Shown here: piece by piece, positions 26,189 through 36,629 of the stretch | How positions within the stretch are numbered: position 1 is the first letter of the stretch | Layout: every line of letters begins with the position of its first letter | Source of the DNA: Chitinophagales bacterium | GTDB lineage: Bacteria > Bacteroidota > Bacteroidia > Chitinophagales > BACL12 | Assembly (NCBI GenBank): GCA_020636645.1 | Contig: JACJXO010000010.1 | Location: forward strand, 814-64,813 | Direction: 5' to 3' | DNA: 64,000 bases | Made by a program: the position numbers and the translations under genes | The notes under the pieces: generated by a model | Told to the model about the DNA's origin: nothing | Databases searched by the model: none | What the model saw: the letters and a program-made list of their open reading frames with translations, nothing else

Positions 26189-27988
26189 ATGTCCGACATC
26201 ATCCGGCTACTTCCTGATAACATAGCCAACCAGATCGCCGCCGGCGAGGTCATTCAACGACCGGCCAGCGTGGTCAAGGAGTTGCTGGAGAACGCCATTG
26301 ATGCCGGGGCAGACCGGGTGCAGGTCATCATCAAGGATGCCGGACGCACCCTCATCCAGGTGATCGACAACGGCTGCGGCATGAGTGTGACCGACGCCCG
26401 CACCTGCTTTGAAAAACACGCTACCAGCAAGATCCGCAATGCCGACGATCTCTTTGCCATCCGCACCATGGGATTCCGTGGCGAAGCGCTGGCCAGTATA
26501 GCTGCCATAGCCCAGGTGGAGATGAAGACCAGGTTACACGATGAAGACCTTGGAACCTTCATCATCATTGAAGGGTTCGAGGTCAAGAGCCAGGAACCCT
26601 GTCAGACCGCCGAAGGCACCAGCATCGCCGTGCGCAATCTCTTCTTCAATGTACCCGCCCGTCGCAATTTCCTAAAAAGCAACACAGTAGAGCTCCGCCA
26701 TATCGTCGATGAATTTGAACGGGTGGCGCTGGCACATTCGCAGGTGTTCTTCAGTCTGCAGCACAATGGTGTGGAGTTGTTCCACCTCAATAAGGCCAAC
26801 CTTCGGCAGCGCATCATCCACCTGTTCGGCAACAACTACAATGAGAAGCTGGTGCCTATCGAGGAACAAACCTCAGTGACCAGGCTGTCGGGCTTCATCG
26901 GCAAACCCGACAGTGCCCGCAAAACAAGGGGAGAACAGTTCTTCTTCGTCAACAATCGCTTCATCCGCAGTCCCTATCTGCAGCATGCCGTCATCAATGC
27001 CTACGACCAGATGCTGCCCGACGGTCATTATCCATTATACGTCATTTTCATCGAGATCGATCCTGCCCGCATAGATGTGAACGTGCATCCCACCAAGCAG
27101 GAGATCAAGTTCGAAGACGAACGCATCATTTATACTTTCATCCAGGCAGCGGCCAGACATGCGCTGGCACAGTACAGTATTGCCCCGACGCTGGATTTCG
27201 ATCAGGACCCGACCTTCGCTAATCTGCCGGCATTCATCCATCCCCACAAGGAAGAAACAACGGTAACCACCGGTTTCAAGGTGATGCCTAGCAAGATGAA
27301 TGAGGTGGAAAAACAGGCATTCCCCGACTGGAAAAAAGAAAGATCATCCTGGCCGAAACAAGACGAAATTTCTTCCAAAACCTTTCCCGAACTGGATGAT
27401 GCCGACGAAGGCCTGACTGTGAGTACCGCCTTTCAGGTACACCAGCGGTATATCATTTCACAGATCAGATCAGGGTATATCGTTATCGACCAGCAGGCCG
27501 CTCATGAGCGCATTTTGTTCGAACGTTACCTGAAGCACCTCCACGATAAAAAACACCACAGCCAGCAGTCGCTGTTTCCCAGTACCCTGCAGGTATCACC
27601 CGGAGATGCAGCCCTGATGCAGGACCTCCTTCCGGAGATCAACCAGCTGGGTTTTGACATTCAGCCCTTTGGCAAAGACACCTTTGTGATCCATGGTGTG
27701 CCGCCTGAACTGGAGAACCAGGACGAACGAAAAGTGCTGGAAGAACTGATCGAACAATGCAAGGCAGACCAGGCCGATCTGAAGCTCAACAAACATGAGA
27801 TCCTGGCCAAAAGTCTGGCAAAGAGCAATGCCATTCAGGCGGGCAGGAAACTCAGCAACCAGGAAATGCGTTCATTGATAGATGAACTTTTTGCCTGCCA
27901 GACGCCTTATTTATCACCGGCCGGTCACCACACCTTTGTTACATTTGAATTGGAAGAACTGGCCCGGCAGTTTCAAAGACCACAGTAA
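26189..27988 (+). CDS. mutL: DNA mismatch repair protein MutL
   Basis: IANQIAAGEVIQRPASVVKELLENAIDAGA and DNGCGM (GHKL ATPase motifs). Start at MSDIIRLLPD. Confidence 0.95.
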   Translation: MSDIIRLLPDNIANQIAAGEVIQRPASVVKELLENAIDAGADRVQVIIKDAGRTLIQVIDNGCGMSVTDARTCFEKHATSKIRNADDLFAIRTMGFRGEALASIAAIAQVEMKTRLHDEDLGTFIIIEGFEVKSQEPCQTAEGTSIAVRNLFFNVPARRNFLKSNTVELRHIVDEFERVALAHSQVFFSLQHNGVELFHLNKANLRQRIIHLFGNNYNEKLVPIEEQTSVTRLSGFIGKPDSARKTRGEQFFFVNNRFIRSPYLQHAVINAYDQMLPDGHYPLYVIFIEIDPARIDVNVHPTKQEIKFEDERIIYTFIQAAARHALAQYSIAPTLDFDQDPTFANLPAFIHPHKEETTVTTGFKVMPSKMNEVEKQAFPDWKKERSSWPKQDEISSKTFPELDDADEGLTVSTAFQVHQRYIISQIRSGYIVIDQQAAHERILFERYLKHLHDKKHHSQQSLFPSTLQVSPGDAALMQDLLPEINQLGFDIQPFGKDTFVIHGVPPELENQDERKVLEELIEQCKADQADLKLNKHEILAKSLAKSNAIQAGRKLSNQEMRSLIDELFACQTPYLSPAGHHTFVTFELEELARQFQRPQ

Positions 27989-27997
27989 AAGAAAGAC

Positions 27998-28699
27998 ATG
28001 ACACAATTCGGCATGCAGCGATTCAATTATCTGCCGCCGGTGATCAAGAATTTGTTGATCATCAACGGACTGGTATTTCTCGCTACATGGGCTATTCCGG
28101 GGCTGACAGAAAAGCTGGCCCTGTATTATCCCGCATCTCCTTATTTCAGGCCCTACCAGATCGTGACCCACATGTTCACGCACGGGTCTTTGTCGCACAT
28201 TTTTTTCAACATGTTCGCTTTGTGGATGCTGGGTGCTGTGCTGGAGAATGTCTGGGGACCCAAACGCTTCCTGACCTATTACCTGATCACAGGTCTGGGA
28301 GCTGCGGCACTGCATACGGGCATCCATGCGTGGCAGGTATATGATATCACCGGTTCACTCATGCCGCATGTAACCGAGAATGCGATACAGGGAAATTTCA
28401 CCCAGGCACAGATGCAGAAACTGAGCGCCATATTCGCCCCCACCGTAGGGGCATCCGGAGCTGTTTACGGAATACTGCTGGCCTTCGGCATGCTGTTTCC
28501 CAATACATTATTATATATATATTTCCTTGTTCCGATCAAGGCCAAGTACCTGGTCATCATTTTCACTGCGCTGGAATTGTACCTTGCATTCATCAACAAC
28601 CCGGCAGATAACATCGCTCACTTTGCGCATCTGGGAGGTATGCTGTTCGGCTTCGTGCTGATCAAGATCTGGCAAAGAGATAACAGAAGATTTTACTGA
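27998..28699 (+). CDS. rhomboid family intramembrane serine protease
   Basis: GASGAVYG catalytic Ser motif and the HFAHLGG His motif. Polytopic. Confidence 0.88.
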   Translation: MTQFGMQRFNYLPPVIKNLLIINGLVFLATWAIPGLTEKLALYYPASPYFRPYQIVTHMFTHGSLSHIFFNMFALWMLGAVLENVWGPKRFLTYYLITGLGAAALHTGIHAWQVYDITGSLMPHVTENAIQGNFTQAQMQKLSAIFAPTVGASGAVYGILLAFGMLFPNTLLYIYFLVPIKAKYLVIIFTALELYLAFINNPADNIAHFAHLGGMLFGFVLIKIWQRDNRRFY

Positions 28700-29577
28700 T
28701 GCTGGAAGAGGTCAGACGGTATTTCAGAAATGGTTCTCCCATTACCAGGCTCATACTGGCGAATGTCATCATCTTCGTGATGCAGAGCATCATCCTGCTC
28801 GGATTCACCATCGCAGGCTCAGGAACTGCATTCAGCAACTTCCTGACCAACTTGTATTTTCCGGCTGAGCTTTCTGAGCTTTTTCGGCAGCCCTGGACGC
28901 TGATCACCTATCAGTTTCTGCATGATCCTGTAAGTATCTTTCACATCCTGTTTAATATGCTCTATCTCTATTGGTTCGGGCGTATTCTCACCGATTTTCT
29001 GCACAAGCGTTATATCGTTCCGCTCTACCTGACCGGTGGCATCATAGGTGCTTTCAGCTTCATGCTGATCTTTAATATCTCTCCGTCATTTCAGACGCAT
29101 GCGTATATACTTGGCGCTTCCGGCTCAGTGCTGGCCATTGTAGCTGCCGCAGCCACGCTGGTGCCTGACTATACGGTGAACCTGGTTTTCATCGGACCTG
29201 TCAGGCTCAAATGGATCGCTCTTATTGCTGTACTCATTGATGTGATCGGTGTGTCAGCAGGTGGCAATGCCGGGGGGCATCTGGCGCATCTGGGTGGGGC
29301 ACTGACAGGCTTTCTGTTCATCCGCTCCTACCGGATGGGACTGCACTGGTTTGATGGGATCATTGCCCTCTATGATAATCTGGTGGCGAGATTCCGCAGG
29401 CAGCCCAGGGTGGTCTATGTACGTCGCGACGAAAAACCCAAACAGAAACAACAACCCGGAAGGCCTGACGCACAACAGGCGAAAATGGATGCCATACTGG
29501 ACAAGATCAACCAGTCCGGGTATGACAGCCTCAGTAAAGAGGAAAAGGATTTCTTATTTCGCATGAGCAAAGACTGA
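28699..29577 (+). CDS. rhomboid family intramembrane serine protease (second, tandem)
   Basis: GASGSVLAI and GHLAHLGG motifs. Start overlaps the previous stop. Confidence 0.88.
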   Translation: MLEEVRRYFRNGSPITRLILANVIIFVMQSIILLGFTIAGSGTAFSNFLTNLYFPAELSELFRQPWTLITYQFLHDPVSIFHILFNMLYLYWFGRILTDFLHKRYIVPLYLTGGIIGAFSFMLIFNISPSFQTHAYILGASGSVLAIVAAAATLVPDYTVNLVFIGPVRLKWIALIAVLIDVIGVSAGGNAGGHLAHLGGALTGFLFIRSYRMGLHWFDGIIALYDNLVARFRRQPRVVYVRRDEKPKQKQQPGRPDAQQAKMDAILDKINQSGYDSLSKEEKDFLFRMSKD

Positions 29578-30665
29578 TGAAACTGGGCAGGATCTTACTG
29601 GCAATTGTTACTGTGGCTGCGTCTGCAGCACTGGTGTTGTCATATAGTTCCAGGTTCATTTCGCCGTCTGCACTTTGGTACACTGCCCTGTTCGGCCTGG
29701 CATATTTTCCTATACTTTTGGTCTTCCTCCTGCTCACAGTGCTCTGGTTCTTTGTGCACAAAAGGGTATTCTGGATCCTGCTGGTGTTGCTGCTCATAGG
29801 TTGGCCGGCGCACCGTACCAGCTTTGCCATGGGGAAAAAAAATACGGAGCCGGCAGATTCCCTGCAGACATTTTCAGTGGCTACTTTTAATACCAAAGGC
29901 TTCGATCTCAATGCAAAGGAGCCGGACCGCGAATCGGTCATGAAGACCATACTGGAGGCCGATGCGGACATCATCTGCCTCCAGGAGTTCAATTCCTGGA
30001 AGAAGGAAGGTATGCCCAATAACAGGCAGGAAATTGCCGATGGTACCGGACTTCCTTACCAGTACTACCACAAGTCATACGAGAACAGAAAGAAGACCAG
30101 AAGTTACGGCCTGATCATCTACAGCCGTTTCCCGATACTGAAGTATGGTGAACTGGATTACCCTGCAATCAGCAAACTCAATACCACCATCTGGGCTGAC
30201 ATACTGATCTATGGCGATACCATCCGCCTCTTCTCCACCCACCTGCAATCGAACCAGCTGACCCACAGCGATTTTGAGTTCATAGACCAGACAGGAAGCA
30301 GCGATACGCTCAGTTTTGAACCGGCCAGGGTGGCAAATAAGCTTCGTGACAGCTATAAATTGCGTGCAGAACAGGTGGAGGTGATCAGACAGGCCCTGGA
30401 TGCCAGTCCGCACCCGGTGCTGTTCTGCGGCGATTTCAATGATACGCCCGTTTCTTACGCATACCGTAAGATCAGCGAAGGTCTGGATGATGCTTTTCTG
30501 CATTGTGGCCGAGGACTGGGAGCTACGTATTCGCCTGCTCCGCTCATACGGATCGACTATATGCTCTATACGCCGGCAGTGCTCAAAGCACTGGATTATG
30601 AACGAAGAAGGTCAGCCGGATCAGATCATTACCTCGTGAGATCGGTATTCAGTCTGCAGCCTTAA
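29577..30665 (+). CDS. membrane-anchored endonuclease/exonuclease/phosphatase (EEP) family protein
   Basis: N-terminal TM helices. EEP motifs DIICLQE, CGDFND and SDHYLV. Confidence 0.85.
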   Translation: MKLGRILLAIVTVAASAALVLSYSSRFISPSALWYTALFGLAYFPILLVFLLLTVLWFFVHKRVFWILLVLLLIGWPAHRTSFAMGKKNTEPADSLQTFSVATFNTKGFDLNAKEPDRESVMKTILEADADIICLQEFNSWKKEGMPNNRQEIADGTGLPYQYYHKSYENRKKTRSYGLIIYSRFPILKYGELDYPAISKLNTTIWADILIYGDTIRLFSTHLQSNQLTHSDFEFIDQTGSSDTLSFEPARVANKLRDSYKLRAEQVEVIRQALDASPHPVLFCGDFNDTPVSYAYRKISEGLDDAFLHCGRGLGATYSPAPLIRIDYMLYTPAVLKALDYERRRSAGSDHYLVRSVFSLQP

Positions 30666-30688
30666 AGCCTTCTTGGTATTTTTGTGCC

Positions 30689-32191
30689 ATGCCCAATGAA
30701 TTGTTCCACCAGAATGAACTGCTGGTCTATAATACCACGACCAGAAGCAAAGAGGTCTTCCGGCCACTGCATGCCCCGTTTGTAGGTATGTATGTGTGCG
30801 GCCCTACCGTGTACAGCGAACCGCACCTGGGCAACTGCCGCACCTTCGTGTCTTTTGATATGATCTACCGCTACCTGCGTCACCTGGGTTATAAGGTCAG
30901 GTATGTGCGGAATATCACGGATGCCGGACATATAGAAAGCACAGCAGGTACTACCGGCGACCGCATCTCTGAACAGGCCCGGCTGGAACAGGTGGAGCCT
31001 ATGGAGATCGTGCAGAAATACAGCACAGCCTTCCGGAACATCATGGCGAAGTTCAACGCCTTACCTCCGGATATTGAACCTACTGCTACCGGACATATCA
31101 TCGAGCAGATCGAGATGACCAAAGCCATTCTGGAAAGTGGCTATGCGTATGAGGTGGATGGCAATGTGTTCTTTGACGTAGAGAAATTTGCTAAAGATCA
31201 TCCCTATACCCAGCTGAGTGGCCGGAATCTGGAAGAGATGCTGAATAATACCAGAGACCTGGGCGGACAGGAACTCAAGAAAGGCCGCCTGGATTTTGCG
31301 TTGTGGATCAAGGCAAAACCCGAACACCTGCAGCGCTGGCCAAGTCCCTGGGGTGAAGGGTACCCCGGCTGGCATATCGAGTGTTCAGCCATGAGCACGA
31401 AGTATCTGGGTAAGCAATTCGATATTCACGGCGGTGGCATGGATCTTATTCCTACCCATCATACCAATGAGGTAGCGCAGAGTGTGGCCTGCAACCACAC
31501 CACACCGGTGCGCTATTGGCTGCATACCAATATGCTCACGGTGAACGGACAGAAAATGAGCAAGAGCCTGGGTAACAGCTTTCTTCCCGAAGAATTATTC
31601 TCCGGTTCACATCCGTTGCTGGACAGGGGCTATAGCCCTATGACCGTACGCTTCTTCATGTTGCAGGCGCATTACAGCAGTACGCTGGACTTCACCAATG
31701 AAGCGCTCCAGGCGGCGGAAAAAGGGTATCGCAGGCTGATGTCCATGCTGGAGAACCTGGAAGCACTGAAACCATCAGGTGCGGTAGACGATACCACAGA
31801 GAAAGCATTGAATGCTTCTATGTTGGCCATGTATGCGGGCATGAACAATGACTTCAATACTCCGCAGGCTATAGCGGCCATGAATGAAGCAAGTGCGCTG
31901 ATCAATACGGCAGCGCATACCGGCAGCGGAGAGATATCAGCTCGGCCAGACACCCTGGAACGGATGCAGAATACCTGTAGAACATTTGTATATGATGTTT
32001 TCGGATTGAAATCGGAAGACGATGCAGGTGGCGATGTACTGGACGGCGTCATGAACCTGGTCATTGATATCCGTAAAGAAGCCAGAAGCAACAAGGACTT
32101 TGCTACATCAGACAAGATCAGAGATGTACTCTCTGCGGTTGGTATCGTGCTAAAGGACAGTAAGGAAGGCACCACCTGGGAACAATCCTGA
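30689..32191 (+). CDS. cysS: cysteine--tRNA ligase
   Basis: HLGN (HIGH) and KMSKSLGN signatures, plus WPSPWGEGYPGWHIECS. Confidence 0.95.
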   Translation: MPNELFHQNELLVYNTTTRSKEVFRPLHAPFVGMYVCGPTVYSEPHLGNCRTFVSFDMIYRYLRHLGYKVRYVRNITDAGHIESTAGTTGDRISEQARLEQVEPMEIVQKYSTAFRNIMAKFNALPPDIEPTATGHIIEQIEMTKAILESGYAYEVDGNVFFDVEKFAKDHPYTQLSGRNLEEMLNNTRDLGGQELKKGRLDFALWIKAKPEHLQRWPSPWGEGYPGWHIECSAMSTKYLGKQFDIHGGGMDLIPTHHTNEVAQSVACNHTTPVRYWLHTNMLTVNGQKMSKSLGNSFLPEELFSGSHPLLDRGYSPMTVRFFMLQAHYSSTLDFTNEALQAAEKGYRRLMSMLENLEALKPSGAVDDTTEKALNASMLAMYAGMNNDFNTPQAIAAMNEASALINTAAHTGSGEISARPDTLERMQNTCRTFVYDVFGLKSEDDAGGDVLDGVMNLVIDIRKEARSNKDFATSDKIRDVLSAVGIVLKDSKEGTTWEQS

Positions 32192-32192
32192 T

Positions 32193-32960
32193 ATGCAGGC
32201 ATTCGACCACGAAGTCCCTTATTATGACAGGCAATTCACCGATGCGCCTATAGGCCGTTTGCAGCGAAAGCTGGTCTGGCAGGTGCTGAAGCATTATTTG
32301 CCCGACCCTACGATGCAGGTGCTGGAGACCAACGCAGGTACAGGTCCCGACGCTCTTTGGTTGCAACAGGCAGGACACCGGGTGATACCTACGGATGCTT
32401 CTTCTGCCATGGTAGAACGCATGCGGAAGAAAGGACTGGATGCACACATCTGGGACATCAACGATACGGTTCCTGTAGAACTCAGGCAACAGCGATATGA
32501 TCTGGTGTTCTCGAATTTCAGTGGATGGAACTGTGTAGATGAGCAAGCACTTTCAGCGCTCTCAGATGAACTGGCGGAATGTACCACAGACAAAGCTGTT
32601 GTGGTGACCGTATTGTTCGGCCGATGGGTGGTTTGGGAATACCTGTATTTTTTCTTTCGTCTGCAGTGGAAACAGATCTTTCGAAGACTGCGCAAACAGA
32701 CCGATGCCTTTGTGGGAGGTACCACCATCCCGGTATGGTATCACCGGAAGAGAGATATGCAGACAGCATTCGATGCACATTTCGACCTGATCGCCCGTTA
32801 TCCGGTGGGCAGTTTTCTTCCCCCCACTTACCTGCAGCCACTGAATCGCTTCCGGGGGTTGCTGAAATTCCTGTTTCTGTTTGATACCCTGATGACCCGC
32901 TGGCGTATCTGCCCCGATACAGCTGATCATACGGTCTATGTCTTCCGTCGTAAGCCATAG
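32193..32960 (+). CDS. class I SAM-dependent methyltransferase
   Basis: Motif I region VLETNAGTGPDALWL and DLVFSNFSGWN. Starts 1 nt after the cysS stop. Confidence 0.7.
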   Translation: MQAFDHEVPYYDRQFTDAPIGRLQRKLVWQVLKHYLPDPTMQVLETNAGTGPDALWLQQAGHRVIPTDASSAMVERMRKKGLDAHIWDINDTVPVELRQQRYDLVFSNFSGWNCVDEQALSALSDELAECTTDKAVVVTVLFGRWVVWEYLYFFFRLQWKQIFRRLRKQTDAFVGGTTIPVWYHRKRDMQTAFDAHFDLIARYPVGSFLPPTYLQPLNRFRGLLKFLFLFDTLMTRWRICPDTADHTVYVFRRKP

Positions 32961-33009
32961 CAGGACAAACGATTGACCATCGCCCGCACCGAACTGCTAT
33001 CTTTAGGCT

Positions 33010-34374
33010 GTGCCGGGCATACTCTTTACACACGGCTATTTTCTGCAGGACGACGCAAAGGAGCAGCAGATCATGCGGCCCTATCCGCCGTTAGGCATGC
33101 TGTATGTATCGGCATGGCTAACGAAACATGACCTGGAAAACCGGGTTTTTGATACCACCTTTTCCACTATGGAAAAACTGCAGGAAGAAATACTGTCTTC
33201 CCGGCCTGAATTCCTTTGCCTGTATGTCAATCTGATGACCAGGGTGAACATCGTACGCATCCTGCATTGGATGCAGGAACAGATGCCGGAAACAGTGCTG
33301 ATCGTTGGCGGACCGGAAGTGCGTTACCACGCAGAGCAGCTGCTGGATCATGGAGCCGGTTATGTGGTGGTTGGGGAAGGCGAACAGACCTGTCTGGAAC
33401 TGATACAGGAATTGCAGCAAGGAAAAGAGCCCTTGCAGGTGAGCGGATTGATCTTTCGCACAGCCGATGGCACCATTCATCGCAGTGGTGAAAGACATAA
33501 GATCAAAGACCTGGATGAGCTGCCATTACCTGCCCGGGATAAGATAGATCTGCGCCTGTATCTGGATGCTTGGAAACAAAGGCATGGCATGAATGCCGTA
33601 TCGGTCAACACCATGCGGGGCTGTCCGTACAGCTGTAAATGGTGCAGTCGTGCGGTGTATGGTATGAGTTATCGCCGGCGCAGTGTGACTCATGTGGTGG
33701 ATGAATTGCTGCATATCAAAAAGACCTGGGCACCTGATACGTTGTGGTTCGTGGATGATGTGTTCACCGTCAGCCATAAGTGGCTGGCTGCCTTCTGTGA
33801 AGAAGTGACCGGTCGTGAAGCGGTCATCCCTTATGAATGCATCACCCGTGCCGACAGGATGAATGAAGAAGTGATACGCATGCTGAAGGCCAGCGGATGT
33901 TTCCGGGTATGGATCGGTGCAGAGAGTGGCAGCCAGAAGGTCATAGACCTGATGGACAGAAGGGTGGAAGTGGAGCAGGTTCGAAACATGATACAGCTTG
34001 CGAGGCAACACGGACTGGAAGCCGGCACCTTCATCATGCTGGGCTATCCGGGCGAAACGGAAGCAGATATTGAAGAGACCATCCGGCATCTGCAGCTGTC
34101 GCATCCTGATCATTACACCATCACAGTTGCCTATCCGATCAAGGGTACCGAACTGTATGCCGAAGTGGAGCCGCATTTCCTCAATGCGCCTGACTGGTCA
34201 ACCACCAGCGACAGGCAGCAGGATTTTGCCAGAACCTATTCCAGGAAATTCTATGACCATGCAGTGCGCTATGTGGTCAACAAGGTGGAGACCAGCAGAA
34301 CAAAAGGTTTCCGCTCTGTCAAACATCGGTTCAAGGCCGCGGCTGCAAAAAGCATGATGGCCATCAGCAAATAA
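33010..34374 (+). CDS. cobalamin-binding-domain (class B) radical SAM protein 1
   Basis: N-terminal ILFTHGYFL..PYPPLGMLYVSAWL (B12-binding-type Rossmann start). CxxxCxxC = CPYSCKWC. GTG start. Confidence 0.85.
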   Translation: MPGILFTHGYFLQDDAKEQQIMRPYPPLGMLYVSAWLTKHDLENRVFDTTFSTMEKLQEEILSSRPEFLCLYVNLMTRVNIVRILHWMQEQMPETVLIVGGPEVRYHAEQLLDHGAGYVVVGEGEQTCLELIQELQQGKEPLQVSGLIFRTADGTIHRSGERHKIKDLDELPLPARDKIDLRLYLDAWKQRHGMNAVSVNTMRGCPYSCKWCSRAVYGMSYRRRSVTHVVDELLHIKKTWAPDTLWFVDDVFTVSHKWLAAFCEEVTGREAVIPYECITRADRMNEEVIRMLKASGCFRVWIGAESGSQKVIDLMDRRVEVEQVRNMIQLARQHGLEAGTFIMLGYPGETEADIEETIRHLQLSHPDHYTITVAYPIKGTELYAEVEPHFLNAPDWSTTSDRQQDFARTYSRKFYDHAVRYVVNKVETSRTKGFRSVKHRFKAAAAKSMMAISK

Positions 34375-34406
34375 GACCGGAAACGGTTCGTTTAGTACAA
34401 GACCTC

Positions 34407-35432
34407 ATGCAAATACTGATACTGACACCCGGATTTCCGCAGGATGAACAGGATACCACCTGCATTCCTTTTCTGCAGGATTTTGTGTTGGGTATGTCTG
34501 AGCACCTGGGGGCGCCCCATATCAAGGTGATCAGCTTTCAGTATCCGTTCAGCGAGGCAAACTATACCTGGCATGAAGTGGAAGTTTTTTCTGCAGGAGG
34601 GCGAAACAAAAAGGGTATGCGCCGCATGTTCACCTGGCGCAGGGTGATGAAGCAGGCAGGCTTATGGATGACAGAAAATACGGTCATCCATTCCTTCTGG
34701 CTGACCGAAGCCACACTTATAGGTCAGCAGCTTCAGGAAAAGTACGGGTGCCGGCACATTGCTACCATCATGGGTCAGGATGTGTTGCCATCTAACCGTT
34801 ACCTGAAAAAACTATCGGCAGAAAAGATGTACATCGTTGCTCCGAATGAACGAACCGCTTCCTTATTGCATTCTCAGAAATTGCAGGAGTCGGCCATCAT
34901 CCCCCATGCCATCATGCCGCTGATTTTTGCCAGGCAACAACGAACCACTGACCTGATCTGGGTGGGTTCTTTCATTGCGTTAAAGCAACCGGAACAGTTT
35001 CTCCTGCTGGTGAAAGAATTGCTGTCAACAAATCCGGGCATCAGCTGCTGTATGATCGGTGAAGGCCCGCTGCTGAACAAGACAAAACAGAGAGCTGAGA
35101 GAGAAGAGCTGCCGGTTGAAATTTGTGGAAAGCTGGAACGGCCTGAAGTATTGCAACGTATGGAAAGAAGCCGGATCCTGGTGCATACCAGTAACTATGA
35201 AGGACATAGTACGGTTATCAGTGAAGCACTGTCTAAGGGCTGCAGGGTTGTTTGCTATGATGTGGGACATACCCATTCAGACCTGATCCATACAGCCGGC
35301 AACCTGGAACATATGACAAGGATCGTGGGTGCACTGCTGGATACAGATATGGAATACCTCCCTGTATATCCGGATCAGATGTCTGAGATGCTGCAGCAGT
35401 ACCTTGATCTCTATTCTGGTAGAACATACTGA
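34407..35432 (+). CDS. glycosyltransferase (GT-B fold, GT4-like)
   Basis: C-terminal Ex7E motif EGHSTVISEAL in a GT1/GT4-like context. Confidence 0.75.
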   Translation: MQILILTPGFPQDEQDTTCIPFLQDFVLGMSEHLGAPHIKVISFQYPFSEANYTWHEVEVFSAGGRNKKGMRRMFTWRRVMKQAGLWMTENTVIHSFWLTEATLIGQQLQEKYGCRHIATIMGQDVLPSNRYLKKLSAEKMYIVAPNERTASLLHSQKLQESAIIPHAIMPLIFARQQRTTDLIWVGSFIALKQPEQFLLLVKELLSTNPGISCCMIGEGPLLNKTKQRAEREELPVEICGKLERPEVLQRMERSRILVHTSNYEGHSTVISEALSKGCRVVCYDVGHTHSDLIHTAGNLEHMTRIVGALLDTDMEYLPVYPDQMSEMLQQYLDLYSGRTY

Positions 35433-35503
35433 ACTGCCTGATCCTGTTTGGATTTTCCATTTTTTTTTTGCATCTTTCTGATACACTCAAAACCCAACCA
35501 ACC

Positions 35504-36430
35504 ATGAAAAAAGTCCTTAAATGGATCGGTATCATCATACTGGTCCTGGTAGTCATTATTGTGGCGGCCATGTTCATGTTCAGAAGCAAGTACAAAAGTT
35601 TGGCCAATGAACGGTTCGAGGTCAATGTACCGGATATTGCTTTGCAGACAGATTCAGCCGGAATGGCTCGCGGTGAAATGCTGGCTACAGCATTATGCAC
35701 AGGATGCCATGGCGGAGATCTGGCCGGGAAAGATTTTTTCAATGACAAGACCATAGGTGTGGTCTATTCTGCCAATCTCACTCCCGGTGGTCCTACAGCA
35801 GCATGGAGCACAGAAGATTTTGTCAGGGCCATCAGATATGGTGTTCGACCGGATGGCAGCGGATTGTTCATCATGCCATCGCTGGAGTACAACCACATGA
35901 GTGATTATGATCTGGGTTGCCTCATAGCTTATTTGAGGTCATTGCCGGCATCTGATAATCCATCGCCGCCGGCAGAGTTCACTTTCATGGCTCAGGTCAT
36001 GGCAGGAGCAGGACTGTTCGGCGACCTGTACAGTGCTTCCGTGCTGGACCTGCAGGATGGATCAGCCAGAGAGCGACCCGAGGTGGGCGAAACACTTGCA
36101 TACGGAGAATACGTCATGCTTATAAGTGGTTGCCAGTCTTGCCATGGTGAAGCATTCAACGGAGCAAAATCACCTGATCCTGTGTCTCCTCCAGGTGGGA
36201 ATATCACACCTGCAGGAAATATCGGCAACTGGAACTATGACCAGTTTGCAGAAACCATGTGGACAGGAAAAACCCCGGAAGGGAAAGAGATGGATCCCAA
36301 GTTCATGCCATGGGATGGCATCAGGTTGCTGGGTGATACAGAAAAGAAGGCACTCTTTCTGTATCTGCAGAACCTGCCACCTAAGGAAGACTCGGAAGAT
36401 CTGGCGAGGTGGAAAGCGAAGAATTCATGA
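35504..36430 (+). CDS. membrane-anchored di-heme c-type cytochrome
   Basis: N-terminal TM WIGIIILVLVVIIVAAMFMF. Two CxxCH sites (CTGCH, CQSCH). Start moved to MKKVLKW. Confidence 0.85.
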   Translation: MKKVLKWIGIIILVLVVIIVAAMFMFRSKYKSLANERFEVNVPDIALQTDSAGMARGEMLATALCTGCHGGDLAGKDFFNDKTIGVVYSANLTPGGPTAAWSTEDFVRAIRYGVRPDGSGLFIMPSLEYNHMSDYDLGCLIAYLRSLPASDNPSPPAEFTFMAQVMAGAGLFGDLYSASVLDLQDGSARERPEVGETLAYGEYVMLISGCQSCHGEAFNGAKSPDPVSPPGGNITPAGNIGNWNYDQFAETMWTGKTPEGKEMDPKFMPWDGIRLLGDTEKKALFLYLQNLPPKEDSEDLARWKAKNS

Positions 36431-36500
36431 GTTGACAGTTGGCAGCTTGACCTGATGAAATCAGGACGGGCGGTTGGCAGTTACATTGATACATATTTGT

Positions 36501-36530
36501 AAAATGAGATGGTAAACACCATCTCATTTT
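36501..36530. terminator. strong bidirectional rho-independent terminator
   Basis: AAAATGAGATGGT-AAAC-ACCATCTCATTTT. Perfect 13-bp stem with A/T runs on both sides, 70 nt after the cytochrome c stop. Confidence 0.8.
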
Positions 36531-36629
36531 CATTTGATGCGCCACTCAGTCAATCTGTCGTTATATTTGTTTGTCGGTTACAAATGCATTTTCAAGGGGC
36601 CTTTGCCAACTGCCAACCACCAACTAACA

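Noticed and set aside
36474-36490. A sigma-54-like promoter, TGGCAG-N5-TTGAT.
   Set aside because: It deviates from TGGCAC-N5-TTGC at both conserved elements. It also lies about 10 nt upstream of a strong terminator hairpin, so a transcript would be stopped at once. It is more likely part of the TTGGCAG repeat set.
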